Source: Ophelia neglecta (Eukaryota). From it: DNA of 64,000 bases. The notes below the pieces were generated by a model, which was not told the origin of the DNA, did not search any database, and was given only the letters and a program-made list of their open reading frames with translations. The DNA is taken from NCBI GenBank assembly GCA_965285935.1, contig OZ260662.1, positions 30,318,001 to 30,382,000 of the forward strand. The letters are read 5' to 3'. Numbering within the stretch: position 1 is the stretch's first letter; each line of letters opens with the position of its first letter. Below, piece after piece: positions 1 through 14,900 of this stretch. The translations under genes and the position numbers were made by a program.

Positions 1-637
1 CAATAGACATGCGACACGTAACTCCCAAATAGAGAGGCTGTTTGCAAAGCTTCCAGACATAAGCCTGCACAACTCTTATTCGGCTTCTCAGCTAGCCAGC
101 CTTGCGTAATATACATCAATTACCTTGAAGGGCTTTTGTGAGACAACGAGACCGGCTAATAGATTAAGCAAAAACACACAATCAACTGCAGCGACAGATA
201 CATGTAGTTAAAAATCCCAATATTTGCCGCCATGAACATATTGATTGGGTAATGTCACAATTCCAAAATGCTCCATACAAGCGCATGGATAGAAATCATA
301 AGCCAGTACGGTAAAACCAGACAGCAAAACGAGAAAATACACTCGGCAGACACAGAAAGTCCAATTACAGAGTACAATTGAGATGAAAGACTTCCTCCTC
401 GAAATCAATGAATTAGAGAATTCTGCTAAACCGATGCGGTTAGTTCCTGCTATGATCTTTCTAAATACGATTCCGGAATCTATTTGCGTTCTTAGGACCA
501 CGACTGGTTATCTGTATTCGGCGCCGTTGAGCTGCGCGATGAGGGACACAGTATGGCAGCGGATGTACAGTGTACAGCTGTGTTATTATGTAAATTAATT
601 CAAAAGGCATGTTGAGCAATTATTGAACAATAACCCA

Positions 638-647
638 GTCACGTGAC
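638..647. promoter_or_regulatory. Perfect palindromic GTCACGTGAC (CLEAR/MiT-TFE/USF-type E-box) in a promoter-like position
   Basis: Exact GTCACGTGAC at 638-647. It lies between a CpG-containing stretch (~500-560) and a candidate ATG-bearing exon at 719-748. Function is inferred, not shown. Confidence 0.35.
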
Positions 648-718
648 CGAAAATTACCCGTAAGACTCACTGTCACCCGTACTTCACACAGGAATTGCTG
701 GTGACCGCTACATGAAGC

Positions 719-748
719 ATGGACTTTATAAATCAAACCCTTAGCAAG
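719..748 (+). other. Candidate first coding exon (MDFINQTLSK) of an unidentified plus-strand gene
   Basis: agcATGG (good Kozak context) at 719, then 10 open codons ending in AAG|GTATGC, a donor-like site at 749. I could not link downstream exons with confidence. Confidence 0.25.
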
Positions 749-3700
749 GTATGCTTATATTTATCGGCTTCGAATGATCAGTTTGTTGTATGTACAGGCC
801 CGGACCAAGTGTCATTGCTGGAAGCATTAATCTACCTGTCTTTCTACTTGGGATTTCAATAAGCCAATGGATGGGTTTTTATCAAAAGCAGACAAGACAA
901 TATCAAAATAGGTTTACCGACATAGCGATAACTACTGCTTCCAAAAATAAGTTGTTCCGGCCATAGAAGAGCCATGAGTAATATTTTCCTTCTGCATTTG
1001 ATGTATGTGAAGTATAACATACATATGTCTTGTTTTCCCAATAAAAATGTGATTGGCCCACTTTTCAAATACTCATAGTTTACTATATGATTACTATTCA
1101 AAATATGAAAACGCCACTTTTACCTAAATGCAGGTCCTTTTTCATTGTAACTTGTGTGAAGAATGAAACCGTTCGATATTTAGAGAAAAGTCAAATCGGC
1201 GTTACCCTATTAAGCTTATTCTTTTTTTAACTCCATCTCTTAAACATGACTATGTATACCTCATATGGACAAGTCTCCTTTCACTTTACCTTATTTTTCG
1301 GAAAACTATTTAAGCACGATTTTTTCGGTTCTTTCAAGTTTTCATATCATGAAATTTTCGATAACAGTTGTTTGTACACAATTTGTAACACACTATCCTT
1401 CGCTGAAAAATTCGAATTGTCGCAACAGTAATGAACTTCCATGTTAAAAATTATATATACATTGGTAGCCTGGCCGCTGGTGGAGTGAATCTTTTTTATT
1501 CCTTTATTTTATTCTTTATTTACGTGTTTCATATTTACCAAATTATCAATTCATTTTTGGTTTGTTTCATAATTCGTACAAGATTTGCAACAAAATTTTG
1601 TTGACAACCACACAAAAGTTGTATACCGTTGGATTTGAATGGTTGCTAAGCCAAACCAGGCTTATGTTATTAGCTTTAAAAAATACTTTCGGAAGTTGCC
1701 TAAAGCGAACCGACATTCCTTGATCCATTACGTGTTTTGCATCTGAGAAAAATGAGTCATCTTGAAGAGGTTCTCGTTACAGAAGATGCACTAGGCAATC
1801 TTATTTTGTCCTAATAATGGCTTGAAGGCAAACCCTCATAGAGGCCGATAATGGGCGAGTCAGGCTTGTGGTGACAATACATTAGCTCTGAGCTAAATTG
1901 TCAGTGAAGTCTTAGACCAAAGCAAGGCTCGTTTAATTTATTAAGGTAATTGGTAGCTGTTTTTAATGTACCTGGTGTTCGGATTCCTCGTTTTGCTGCA
2001 AGTGTACCCACTGATAACAACCTGAGACTCTTTCACACTAAGTAAATTAATTATAGTAATGATATCGTGGAACTTTTAGTTCGTGGTCGCAAACTAAACG
2101 ATTTGATCTTTTATTCGCCGTCAGTAGTTTTATGATGGAAGGGTTGTTGCGTAATTCATAACCGTTGAATACATTTATTTCAGGATGTTATGAATAGGTT
2201 GTAAAATTATCGTTGAGTGGCCTAAAATAAAAGTTGAACGTTTGGAGCGTCAACTGACATTTGTATGAATTAGGTGGAAAATACTCTAAATTGTACACTT
2301 ACCCAAACTAAAATGAAATTTGAAAGGCTCCTAACGATATGTCCCAAATAGCTATTAAGAATGATTCTGCTGGCATCAAATTATGCACCACATTTTCTTT
2401 ATAAGGACATTGAATAGTTACTCTGTCTATCAATACCGAATATGGGAAATAACCAAACCAAGGCAAGACATAATATCATCGAAGATTTCATGAACAACCA
2501 TATACGTGGTAGCATCAACAATAAAGATTTTTGGTCTTAAAATTGCATTATGTCTGTTCATTTCATGAACCAGTCTGTTAATGACGGAGGTAAAAAAGGA
2601 AGCAACCAAGGCTTTTGTCCCTAGAAGGACAAATCGGCAGGCAAAATACCTTGATCTTTAAGCCCGTAACCTTGCCCCCTTCAAGAGAGTTATGGATTCC
2701 CGTCTAATGTCCTTTTTCTGCGTCTTCTGTTTAGGAAATGAAAGGAGTCGAATGACATGATTATGCTCCAGCGCGGAGCTCTCTCTTTTTGAAGCGGTAA
2801 TACGTGTCTCTTGCCTTCTGCCAAGCTTGATTTATCAGGTATTCCCGGTCGCCTTGGAAGCTAAACATGTTTATTGAATTTGTCTATGTATTGCCTATGC
2901 ATCAACAGTCTTTGCTGTTGATCATTTGCCTTGAAGATTTCATCTTCTGAGCGACACAACATGGCTAGTAAGACGATAATGGCCTTCCTTCCAACAGACA
3001 ACCAACGTCTGATAAGGTCAACACGATTAGCCCACAGGTTTATAATAATTATAATGCTTTGCGCGGGGCAATAGGCTGGATGAATAGCTTTTCAAAACAG
3101 CTATGGATTTTTTTCTTAAATGGCAATGAATGATCCTTGGTTTTCAAGTCAATTGCTTGGAACAAACTTCGCAGGATTGTCTTTGTAATGTTTAAAGCAT
3201 TGGCAGTTATGAAGTACTTTAATCCAATAACTGTTTTGATTGCTCGATGAAGATGGCGGCCAAAGCATTTAGAACACGCAGTAATGTTTCGTTGTATCTG
3301 TTACCAGTTATCATCTAAGCCATTGTAGTGCCATTGGTGTAGGAGGCCCGGAGATTGTTTTCTGTGTCCTGTGAGAGGTGATCAAATGTATTTGATACCG
3401 ATGAATATCCAGTAAGCGGAAATATATATTTGTTCAACATGTTTCCGGCTAATTGCGTTCCAATGGTAACGGCATACAAAAGTGGGACAAATCCTTTAGA
3501 TAAAAAGTATATACATGTACGGTGGATTGCAGATCAAACATTATCAATAAGGTATTGTCAAAGCATTGCTGCCGACTGTAGCTCAATAATTCTTCTTGAC
3601 TTAGTCACGTTGCATGGTAACAGGCATAGTTAGATTCAAATTGGATTATTTCTTTGATTTGCTGTCATCAGTTCAATCAACGATATAATACTTATTTAAT

Positions 3701-6700
3701 CGATGACATGTTTTGATATCTATTCATTGCAGAATTTAGATTTGGATATCAGAAAATATAATCGATACCTCATTTCAACAACCAGGATCTGAAGGCCAAA
3801 TTATGCGATACTTAATTATTCTATTATTTTATTTTAACGTGTGCTTTAACAAAACATGTGTGTGTAAATAAATATTTTGGCAGAACACAGGACTGCTCTT
3901 GTCAGTGAAGTCTTCGCTGAAAGTGCGAGTATTAATAGATTCGGCGGATAATATATATCTTGTGTACCAGATGCACGTGTTCAGTCACAATAAAAGAGTA
4001 AATGATTCCATTTTGTTGTGATAAACTGTTTATTACACTGTCGAGGGTAACACATAACACCATTTCATGTCTGGAGTGCAAGTACCCTTTACATTCTTCA
4101 ATGGTATATTGTTTATTGACAAGAATTCTTCTGTAGTCTTTCGACTACGATAGAGCTTAGTCCGGCTCAACACTCCTAGGCCATATATATTTCACTTTAG
4201 TCCTTTTATATGAAGTGTGAATTAACGCAAGCACGCTATGCAACAAGTTAGTAATAATTATAATAAAAAACGTAGGATGTGTCTTTTGCAGCAGGTGTCA
4301 AGACTTATATAGGATTTTTTTTCTTGAGCACATATATTATTTGAGCGGTATATTGACTTGAGACGTAAATATATTTGGAATACCCCATAAGATATCGGAA
4401 ATACACTGCTTGCGACATATGAGCGTGGTATCTGTTCGCTGTGAAAAATACATGGTCGATGCCACATATATAGTAAGATTGCATTGGTCGTCCTGTCCTG
4501 GGATTTCTTTCTCTCGGAGCTTCAAATAAAGATCCCTATATCTCTTATCAGTATGATATATATGACATGTATTCAGAAGACATGTCTTCATGGAGTATTT
4601 GCTAATCCAATGGACAAATAATAATCCATCAGAATCTTTTCTAATGGTTATTTTCTCTTTTTCAATTTCGCGATCAAATTTTCTTCACACTGAAATGTAC
4701 GAATAAAGGCTATTGTTTTCTCCGTTTAATATTTTTATCAACCTCGTGTTTTAAAACAATATTCTCTGTTCAATAAATTCAGATTGGCTGATTACATTTT
4801 CGTAGCGTTATCGACGCAAACATGTAAAAGCATACCGCAAAATAAAGAAAGAGGTGAATTTTGCATTGTTAATTTAAATAATGTATAGAACATTAACAGC
4901 AAGCAGGAGTATTCAAATTTGGATAACATATTTTGTGGTTCAAAATTACATCACTTACAATTTAATTTGGAACCAGCATCTCGTTATATAGGTTCTATAA
5001 TTCGTGGTTGTTACTTCTAGAACATGAAGAAAGTGCAGTAAATACATTACCGGTTGTCCATGGCGTTGCCGAGAGGGGCTAGATAAATATCCTTTCTCTG
5101 TTCCCCAAGGAAATAATATCCCAGGATCTTATCATGGAAGGCCAAAATCCTCGTAATGTGATAAGAATCCGTTGGGCGAAAATTTATCAATATTGCATCA
5201 AATTGCAATTAGATTTAGTTAAGCGGAAGGAAGCTAAGGGGTCACTGATTCTTTTCGTTAATTTAAATTTAGTTCACTCTTCTGCCTGCCTTGCTACATT
5301 GCGAGGGGGAGCACACACAAAAAAAAGATTATGGCAGTTCTCAACAAGCTGCTTTGATATATCTCAAAGCAGAAACTTAATAATTTTAAGACGAATACGT
5401 CGTCGGTTATGAATGATCGACCAATGAATATGACAGAAAGCTTCAAACATCATATTATACATTTTAATTATAATTATAAAGACTATACCAGATTTGTGAA
5501 TAATACCAAATCACAAGTATTAACGCACACAAAGTGATTTCCTTTCACACACTTCTTTCTATTGCTATCCAAGACGTTGTCTTTTGTGCATGCATGTATC
5601 ATATTGTTTTTCCGAACAATTGAACATTTTGGATGCATTGTAAACAATAAGTTTGGAAACCGGAGACAATTTTGTAAAAAAATTGTGCAATTGATCCTCT
5701 TTAATCTGGGTGGCCTTGCCAAGAATCTAATGAAGTTTCGTCTGTGGCCAACAACATATTGGCCGAACTGTACTTACACAGGTATTCATTTGTTAAAGTG
5801 AACTACTATTTCGAATCACTTTCGCCTAAAATGGTCTTGTAGCATCAGGTTTTGGCATAGTTTTAAGTGGCAAAAGCCCAAGTTTCCCAATTGGGAAAGC
5901 ATCACCTGGGCTTTTTACTTTATATTGGGATGTCAATAGAATAAACAGGCAATCAAGTTACTGCTGGGTTCAAATACCAATGCATCCATCGCGGCTGACA
6001 GTACGCCAATGTTAGAGTGGCCATGCACGACCCCGGCGTTGGGAGCTTTCGTTGTCTCAGATCATAATTGGCCCTTTAGAGGGAAATGGATCTATCTACT
6101 GTCTTATGGCCATTAAATGGCATATTCACAGTATAAGCACATGCGTTGAGCACATTAGTACATTAATATGATATATAGAATATATTATAAGACCTTTTGT
6201 TAATCATACCATTCTACCAGTGTCGCTGCCTGTAATTCCTTTTTAGGCCTGGATATAACCTTGTTTAATGTGATGGGATTTGCAACACAGATATGTTATT
6301 GTTAATATTATGCTTTAAGTACAATACCAATAACATTATTTATTAACTATTATATATCTCGTATAAAATTTGGCATTCCCGTTCCTCTCACATTTTTAGA
6401 AATTTCTTAAAGATAGTTTTATTCGTTAATTATGTCAATATGGTGGACATAATTACAAATGTCACATGCTAGTATATGTTTATTTTTTATTATTTGCCCT
6501 GGACCCTCACTCCCATGTCAAGGATTATTTATACTTTGACATACTATATCTTCAAATGTAATTGTTGTTTTCAAAAATGCATTTGTTATCGTAATCATCG
6601 TTGGGTTTAATATGCTCCGGATTCTAATGTACTTGCCATCATGTTCTATTTCTACCAAATAAGTTTTTAATCATTTATTTCAAAACAAATATTTGGAAAC

Positions 6701-8468
6701 AAATACTGCATTAAAAATGAAAAACAAATCGTGATGCAATAAATATTTATGCATCCATGTCTGATTTTGGTTAGTGCTACCACAATTATAGATTTTTCCA
6801 CTTGTTTATGCCGATAATAGTCCCTATCAACCTTGCATGAATCACACAATCAAACATATATCGGCCATTTAACAGATTATTCCATTTTCATGGGATTAGA
6901 ATGACTCCAAAAGTATCATTGTGAAAGTTGTTTTGTCCCCCTATACAAATACTTATGGTATTGTTTGAAACACATTCTACCTGCCTTTTCGTCTATTCTA
7001 CCGCCATTCGTTTCAAAAAGTCGTTAGTCAGTTTCAGCTTATTGAAAGGATTTTTTGTTGATGTGAACTTTTAAAGGCCACAATTGTACATAGTCTTGCT
7101 TACGTCATAATATAAATAAAGTAGGTATAACCTCAATTGCCCAGAAAGCAATGCGAAACAGCAGCCATTTCGCAATAAAAAAGAAAATCTCAACCAATGC
7201 AAACAATAAAACTTCTCCTTAGTAGAATTAGCCAAATAGCCCTGACCTGGCCATTAAAAGTCAATTCATGTGACGGCAAGGTAACGGAAAGCAATCTGAA
7301 AGCAGTAAGGGAGCATTAACATTGCTTTATAGTGCCATAAGGTTTCAATAAACAAGGAGGTCGTGACCAGAGCACACATAGACAGCTATTAACCGAGGTA
7401 ACAGGTTACAATGTTATTGAATTTATATAATAGGAAATAATGGAGTATGTTCACTGATTTGAAATACCCTGGTTGCACATTATTTGTATTAACTGGAGAT
7501 TTGATGTCTGATTATAATAGAAACGGTACTGGACACCTAGTTGACCAATAAAATTCGACGATGAGAAATAATCGATCAACCTCAGTCTAAATTAATAAGG
7601 AGCCAGCAACCGCAGATTGAACCATTTATGTTTTTTTTAATCAAAACTGAACCTTCTCCCTTGCATTCAGCGATGATAAATTAGAAAGATGAAGACAAAC
7701 ATGGCCATTATGCCTAAGATGAGCGGAACCAAGCACTTTTAGCAAGTCGCAGCCCTTTTTCGGAAATGAATCTAAACAGTAACAGTACATAAAGGAGCCA
7801 TAGATAGTGTATTGGGAGGTTGATAAGTTATATTTAGATTAACTCTACATTAACTATTTCCTGCTAACTTCAACATAAGACATAGGCAACTTGACTGATA
7901 AAATAACCTTAGGAATCGGGGTAAGAATTCAAATGTGAATAATTATGAGCCATATATATATTATCATATCGGGTTTTGCAACCAGGATACACAGGAATAT
8001 CAAAGTCATCCCAAAATATGAATCGATATAATTTGTATATTTATCCAGTTCAATATTATATTCGTCTTTGTTCGTGAATTTTCTCGACTTCCCCCAAAAG
8101 ACACCAGTTTAAGGATAAAAATCAGGTGCATGTAAAATAGGAATCTAAGCTGGATATCAAACCCATTATTTAAATATTTAAACAGCTTAAACATACGAAA
8201 AACAATTTCGTTTTTTATAGATAATTACAATGGTATTGTCTGTATATAATTTACTTTGCAATGCAAATATACATAGCATTACAATAAGGGTTTGGTAAAA
8301 GATAGTAGAGGGATGGTAGAATATATTAATCATAACTACATGAATTTCTTTAAAGTGACCTTTCATAACTTTTATAAAAATAACCAATTATAAACTATTT
8401 ATAAAAACAGAGGTGTCTTTGTCGGGTGCCAATAGTAGTTATTCGGTAAAGAGTACCATAAAAACGAC

Positions 8469-8697
8469 TTAAAGGGGGTCACGCAGGCACCAGTACGTCC
8501 TACTTCATTTAAAAGAATGAGGTAAGGATAGATTCAAGTTTCTTCGCAGGGAAATGAAGCTTTGAGAATTTCATATCCTTTATAATAAAAACATCAAGGC
8601 TACGAGAAACCTTTCCTTTTTAATATAATGTACACTGCACGCCATATATGCATACAGAGATTTGTGCTATCAAAAATATGTCTAGCTCCACCTTTAA
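8469..8697. mobile_element. Possible TTAA-flanked non-autonomous DNA transposon (Kolobok/piggyBac-like MITE)
   Basis: Starts TTAAAGGGGG and ends CCACCTTTAA: short inverted ends TTAAAGG.GG with TTAA at both sides. The TIR is very short. Confidence 0.3.
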
Positions 8698-10370
8698 CGG
8701 TATCATGAGCCTTTTCTCGTTTAAAATCAATTTATTAATAACGTAGCAGTGTTGTAATTAATATATTGCATCATTAAATGATTTTATAGGAACCATATGG
8801 AAATACGCAAAAAATACACCTATGTATGTCTAAACGCACCTCCAGTATTGATTATCTCAATCTAAGGCTATTTTGGAGATTGGATATTACCAGCAAGCCA
8901 AACACATTACCCACAAGCTCTGTGAAATAAATAGGCATCCGTCCTTACCCCTTCTGTTCAGCTATGTCATTATAAATGGATGCGGAATAATGAAAAATAG
9001 AAACGAAACTGCCATTTTGAGAATGGCATGTTGCGATGAGATAAAAGGTTTGGTTTCTATAAACTCTATATATAGACACATCCTCACTAAGATCATTTAC
9101 TAAGTAATGTTAGTATTTTTATTCTTTATACTTATGATTCTATGAAACGCCATCCAAGGCTTCTACTGTGTATACATTATTTATGAAGGAGCCAAGTCTA
9201 ACATGGAAGGATACCAGACGGCAGCTTTTGAGGAATACATGCAGCTTCGTTGGCTTCCTTCCGCTCAATAATTGCTCTTATATCATCAATGGTGAATTTT
9301 GTTGGATATACCTTGTTATTCATAAATAGGCAAGCGACTACCTCCTATTTGATGTATTAAGTACACGAATGCCCTAAATAACATATGCTTTGTCTTTCGT
9401 TAGTAAGTGAACATTTGTGTTTAGGAAGCTTCAAGGCCAAGAGTTGGATTATATGGTGTAGGCATACATGTAAATTTCCGAAGAGTTATAAACATTTATG
9501 TCTCGGTAAAATTAAAATCTCACAAATAAGTCATAAACAAATATAATGCGGCCTCTTTGTTATTGAATTGTTTAATTTCTTTTATCTTGCAGCCACATTC
9601 AACTCTATGGTATGCCTATAGTAGCATAAAAGGCTATTTAAACATTTTACAAATTAAAGTAAAAACCTTTGCTTTTGTCAAATTATAAGTTTAAAAAACA
9701 TAAAGTGGTTAAAAAGCTTAAGTAATGGCTGGGTGCTAAGTATTAACTCACTGCCCAATATAGTGTTCTACTATGGTATTATAAAACTACTATATAGAAT
9801 AAAACTAAACATTGAATATGACTCACATATTGATACATCGCACTTAATTTGTTGCAATTAGCAAATAGTGTAATATAAGGTATTTTCCTTGGCAAACAAC
9901 GACTGGTAATTTGAACTCCTTTGTACAGATTCAGTTAACGCTAGTACTATGGAATTAAGATGTAGTAATCTCGTGGTATGATGTTTGTTGATAAACAGGC
10001 CGTCTGAATTTTCAAATTGCGTTCTCGTGACATTCATTGTATTGGTCCTCTGTACGTCCATATCATAAAATAAGTACCTCTTGCAGTAATCATTTGTCAA
10101 TAGGCTTCAAAGATGTCAGGCAAACCCCGGAACAGGTTTTGCATTGGTCACAAAATAGAAAGAAAAAAATATATGAGAGCAGGCTAATAGTTAATAGCTT
10201 GCCAATAGATATAGGGAGGATGCAACTCGAAAAATCTAACCATCCTGTATCAAGCCACTAAGAGAGTGTGTAAGATCCTGTGAATTTGGAAGCGAAACAG
10301 GTCTTACTTGCATTTGGCTATTGATAGTTTGTATTTGTCTTCTAGTTCCAAGTAGACATTAAACTTCGGC

Positions 10371-10447
10371 CTGAATACTACACAGACCACACTTAAGTGC
10401 CAGAATGAAACATTGTCTTATTTAAATGTGGTCTGGGTAGTATTCAG
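10371..10447. repeat. 77-bp hairpin / tiny palindromic element
   Basis: Arm 10371-10396 CTGAATACTACACAGACCACACTTAA matches the reverse complement of 10422-10447 (CTGAATACTACCCAGACCACATTTAA) at 24/26. Confidence 0.75.
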
Positions 10448-11039
10448 CAGGGAAAGAGAATATTTATTGCTCCATTATGATCAGTCGATTTGTATTTGCA
10501 AATCCAGTGGGTGAATGATGAGGGGATGGCACAGTAATTCCCTTCGGCATATCCTGTGCTATTTTTGCCATGGTAATGCGTTCCATCGTGTCTTTCATCA
10601 GTTTTTACCAACAGAGGTTTCTTATAAGAAATGCCAAAACTCCTCCGCTTCTACAGTAAATATAATAATTTGAACACATGGAGGGGAATTTAACATTCAG
10701 GGATTTCCCATCAAAACAGAAGGGCTTTTTTGCTGTCAATCAAGAATCAAACTGTTTTGCTGCAGTTATATTTTGTGTTCCGTTTTATACATATTGGCAC
10801 TCAATTAATAAGTCCTGCAACCAAGCAATTCTGAATAGTTGTTGAGTAGTTCTTAACACATCAACATCTAGAATAAATCTGTCCCGTCAGCTGAGCGATT
10901 TGCTAACATCGTAGGTTCCAAATGGCCTGATTGATTTTATTCAGCTAATATGCTTATTATTAATGCGTGTTATTTTGCAATTGGCATCAAAGATGGCATA
11001 AATTAATAACAATTATAAGAAAGTCTCATTAATAAGAGA

Positions 11040-11906
11040 CAGGCCTGGGGCCATTACCATTAGTAATGGTAATTAATTGTAATTAATTACATTTTTTACA
11101 GTAATTCAAAGTAATCATTACTTCTGGTTTTAAAATGGAAAGTAATGGTAATGGTAATGATTAAGCACACCGAAAATAATTAATTACTTCAATTACTTTT
11201 GAATTACATGTGTAGTTTGGCCATCATGCTTTGTTAAACAAGGAAGTGTGAGGTCATATTGCTTAATGTTGGTTTCCCATACTCTAGCTGGCCCCAGCCT
11301 TTGACACCCAACTGTCTGGGTTGTGTTTATTTAATTGACTTCTCTTGTCTTAGAGGTTATGTCTAACACAGCCTGTTGTGTGATCATTTAAAGGCAATTA
11401 ACACCATGTGTATAGGTCAATGTAACAAAATTATCAGTTGGCTCAATTGCATTCTATTTCAATCATAATGAACTAAACCCTCAGCAGATCATAGAGTAAA
11501 TTGCTTAACATTAGCACATATATGACTCACTCAGTAGCAAATCACAGAGTTCAATTATGACTCTAATGATGAATGTAGCATATAATAGCATACCAATTGC
11601 AATATTATGCATGCTTCCAACAATAATATGTAAATACTGTGTACTGCGTAAATATATTATGTGGGAACTTAATTAAAGTCTTAAGGAAAAGTGTCGTTCT
11701 GTGATGTTTTTAGTATATATATCTTTCCTATACTTAGGTAAAAAAATCAAAGTAATAAGTAATTGTAATTAATTACTTTCAAAAGTAATTGTAATTATTA
11801 CTTCCAGAAAAGAAAGTAATGGTAATTGTAATGGTAATTATGAATTTTTGAAGTAATTGTAATGGTAATTAATTACTTTAGACAAGTAATTGCCCCTGCA
11901 GGCCTT
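11040..11906. mobile_element. MITE-like non-autonomous DNA transposon with GTAATT/AATTAC subterminal arrays
   Basis: Imperfect TIRs: left AGGCCTG-GGGCCATTAC, right (reverse complement) AGGCCTGCAGGGGCAATTAC. Dense GTAAT(T/G)/AATTAC repeats at 11050-11210 and 11750-11890. Flanks AATAAGAGA (11031-11039) and ATTAAGAGA (11907-11915) form a candidate target-site duplication with one mismatch. Confidence 0.75.
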
Positions 11907-14900
11907 ATTAAGAGATGCAGATGCAAAACCTGTGCTGAAAAAGATAGAACCAGGTAAGTTGGAATCTTTGTTATATTGTTCATGAAATAATGTGATCATT
12001 ATGTTTCTATACTTACAACATACATGCATATTGATCGTTTTGTGTGTCTATTGCATCAATAGTCTTATTCCAATGATGATCTATAGATGATCAGGAACGA
12101 CCCAGGCCTCCACTATACCATTGTCTTATGCATGGTACACAGCACATCAAGATATTACTGATTGTAGTAGTACTTCCTAGCTCATCCTGTCGTACACCTA
12201 GACTTAAACGTATTTGTTTCTCAAAGAAAGTGTTGTCAGTATGAACTCGTGTATTCAACCACAAAAAAAAGCGCACATACCTATTTTTTGGAATAGGAGA
12301 CAAGTCTAATTTTACTAGACATTCCCACACATTGACATTTTGACATAGGTAACTATGAGGCTATGCGTTATCAGGGTCTTACTGGAGTGAATAGACCGTT
12401 ATTCAGATGGGTTTGAAGTAACAAACTATTTCTATGGTTTTTTGATAATCTATAGTACATTTCTACAACGATATGTTTCAGCATTTATCTTGCTCCGTGC
12501 TCACCGTGGTGATTGATAAAGTTTCATGTTTCTTGACGTGTCCTATGGGTACGAGAACAGGATGCCTACATAGGTAAAAACCATTCCACTCGCCTATAGA
12601 ACAAGGTATAGTGCTTCCCAGGACGGCATAACGCAGGGTTAGAAATAAAAGTTTACAGTAAATCGAAAGAGAGAAACGAGTACTCTTGTGGATATTTTTT
12701 CATCTAATATGAATCACACATTCCCGAAATATATGTATTCTTGGAATAATCCAGTTAAACCCATGGAGTATCTACATATGTTGCTGTTCCCGAATGGTTT
12801 CTCATGGGAACAAGAATTCTTGTATAACAATAAATCATTGCAGGTTGAATCTCTTACGTCTGTCCTTCTCTTAAATACATTACTTATACGCTCATGAATA
12901 CAATGGAAAGTTAATATTTGTATAATCATTAAACACACGTGGGTGGACCATTATTGTAAACTGCATTCTGATTATGAGATAAAATGGAGAGTGTCAGGTG
13001 AGCACCATGCAGGTTCTTCTTCATTTACAGATACACTGAGGGAAAGGTTAATGATTATGAACACTAGTGTCAAAACCAGGCAACATAGCATAGCTCGCTT
13101 TTAGAAACCCTTATAGAATTTAACATATAAGGATACATATATATGATTTTTAGATTAATGAGATATATATAATCTGAATAAATCCGTTAGCCTATGATTT
13201 AACTTCCATATTCATATTATTCTGGTACAAGTAGCGAAGACTTACATTCGAAAGAATCCATGCACGTAAGGTAATGTCCCAGCAAACAGAGGAGGTGTTT
13301 TTTATATTCAATTGAAATGCTCTTTAGATATCATTATATTGACATATCTATATAGCACTGAGTAATGTAGGATAATAATGGGAGAGTAAGACTGGACAAT
13401 AACTATTTAGGCATTGAATTTCCATAGTTGAAATATTTCCAAATGAATTTTAATGTTTTTTTAATCTCTAAAATAACTGTCATGATGACATTGTCAAATT
13501 CACTTTGTCTTTAATAACATTTGCTTTGTCCCAGATTTTTTACGGAAAATTTAGTAGATTGCTTTATCAAATTTGAATTTATGACATGAATAAGTCAAAA
13601 TTTCACATTACATAAAAGCACAACCCTAATGGGTCCAACCTTAGGACAAAATATCAGATTTCTATTTGAAATTATACCAATCTATCTGTGGAATGAAAAA
13701 GATTCATTTATGCAACCAAATTGGGAAAGTTTGGATTGTTGAGAATAACCAATCGATAACTCCGCCAGGGTAAAAAAAGGACAAATATTCCCACATTATT
13801 TTCCATCGCTTCAATATATAATGAAGTTTCCTGGAAGAAAAAAATATATCTCTTGTCATTAATCGATGCCAGGACCGACGAATACCCATGGCAACAGCGT
13901 AAAAAAGCGGAAGTTCCAATAGTACCCGACTCCCGATTGCTGCTGGTCTACAACACATGAAAACTACGTAATGGAGTCATCGCTTTTAATTCCACTCTCG
14001 TACAGAGAAAACTTATATCATTAACTGTTGCCGGGTCGCATAAAATGCTGTTTGCAAACTTATCCCGGAGATTTATTGCTGCATTGGAGACGTCTCCTTT
14101 CCTGGCGGTTTGTTTTTCCATGTTGATTTCTACGGCGGCTATTTCTACAAGGAATAAATCATTAAATTCCCGGCGTTTCCCGAACATTGCAGGGCAGCAT
14201 TGCAATTATTGGCCATCGGTAATTCATTGATGTAGCCGAATTTGGCCCACAACATGGAATAACATTAACCATTTAAACGCAGTACCATAAAAGTAAATTT
14301 AGAATGGAAAACATGGTATTTTTCTGCAAAAGCCTCAAGCAATATAAAACATTCTCTCGCAATTAAGGAATACATAATTTAGGTCGGACCTGATGTGACC
14401 TTGGTCCCAATAACCACGACTATATGGGCAAGGATCCGACAAGCAGTCTGACAACAAAGAGGACATATTGCCGAAACAAATTGTACCATTAGTCTTCATA
14501 AAACTAGCCGGCCATGCCAGCTGTCTGAGGGCAATCTCTGCACAAGGTAATTTAACCTAACTCAACATCTCTTTTGTTCACTGGTCACTTCAGGAAGGAC
14601 GTTTTATTTAACATGATTCACTATTATAACAAGAATAACCGATATTGGTGACATAAAGGCTTTGAACACCAATCAGACACATCATAAAAACAGTACATCA
14701 GTTACCTAATTTATGTTTGCAACAAACAAAGGAGCAAATTATTTCGCTGGCCAAGAACGCTAACTCTCATTTTGATGTTATGTAGAATTTAAAAAGATAT
14801 ATTCGGCAGCTTAACACAAAATGACTATCTAGTGATGTAATCAAAGTTTAACGTCAATCCAGAGACAAATTAACATACTATTGTGTGACTGTTATATTGA

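Noticed and set aside
1898-3914. 16-bp direct repeat TTGTCAGTGAAGTCTT ~2 kb apart as a retro-insertion TSD (similarly CCTGGTCACCTGCAGT at ~25030 and ~33654)
   Set aside because: About one such 16-mer match is expected by chance in 64 kb, and there is no poly(A) or element signature between the copies.
4136-4149. GTAGTC-GAAA-GACTAC GNRA hairpin on the minus strand
   Set aside because: Only a 6-bp stem with no CUGANGA core or larger structure; compatible with chance.
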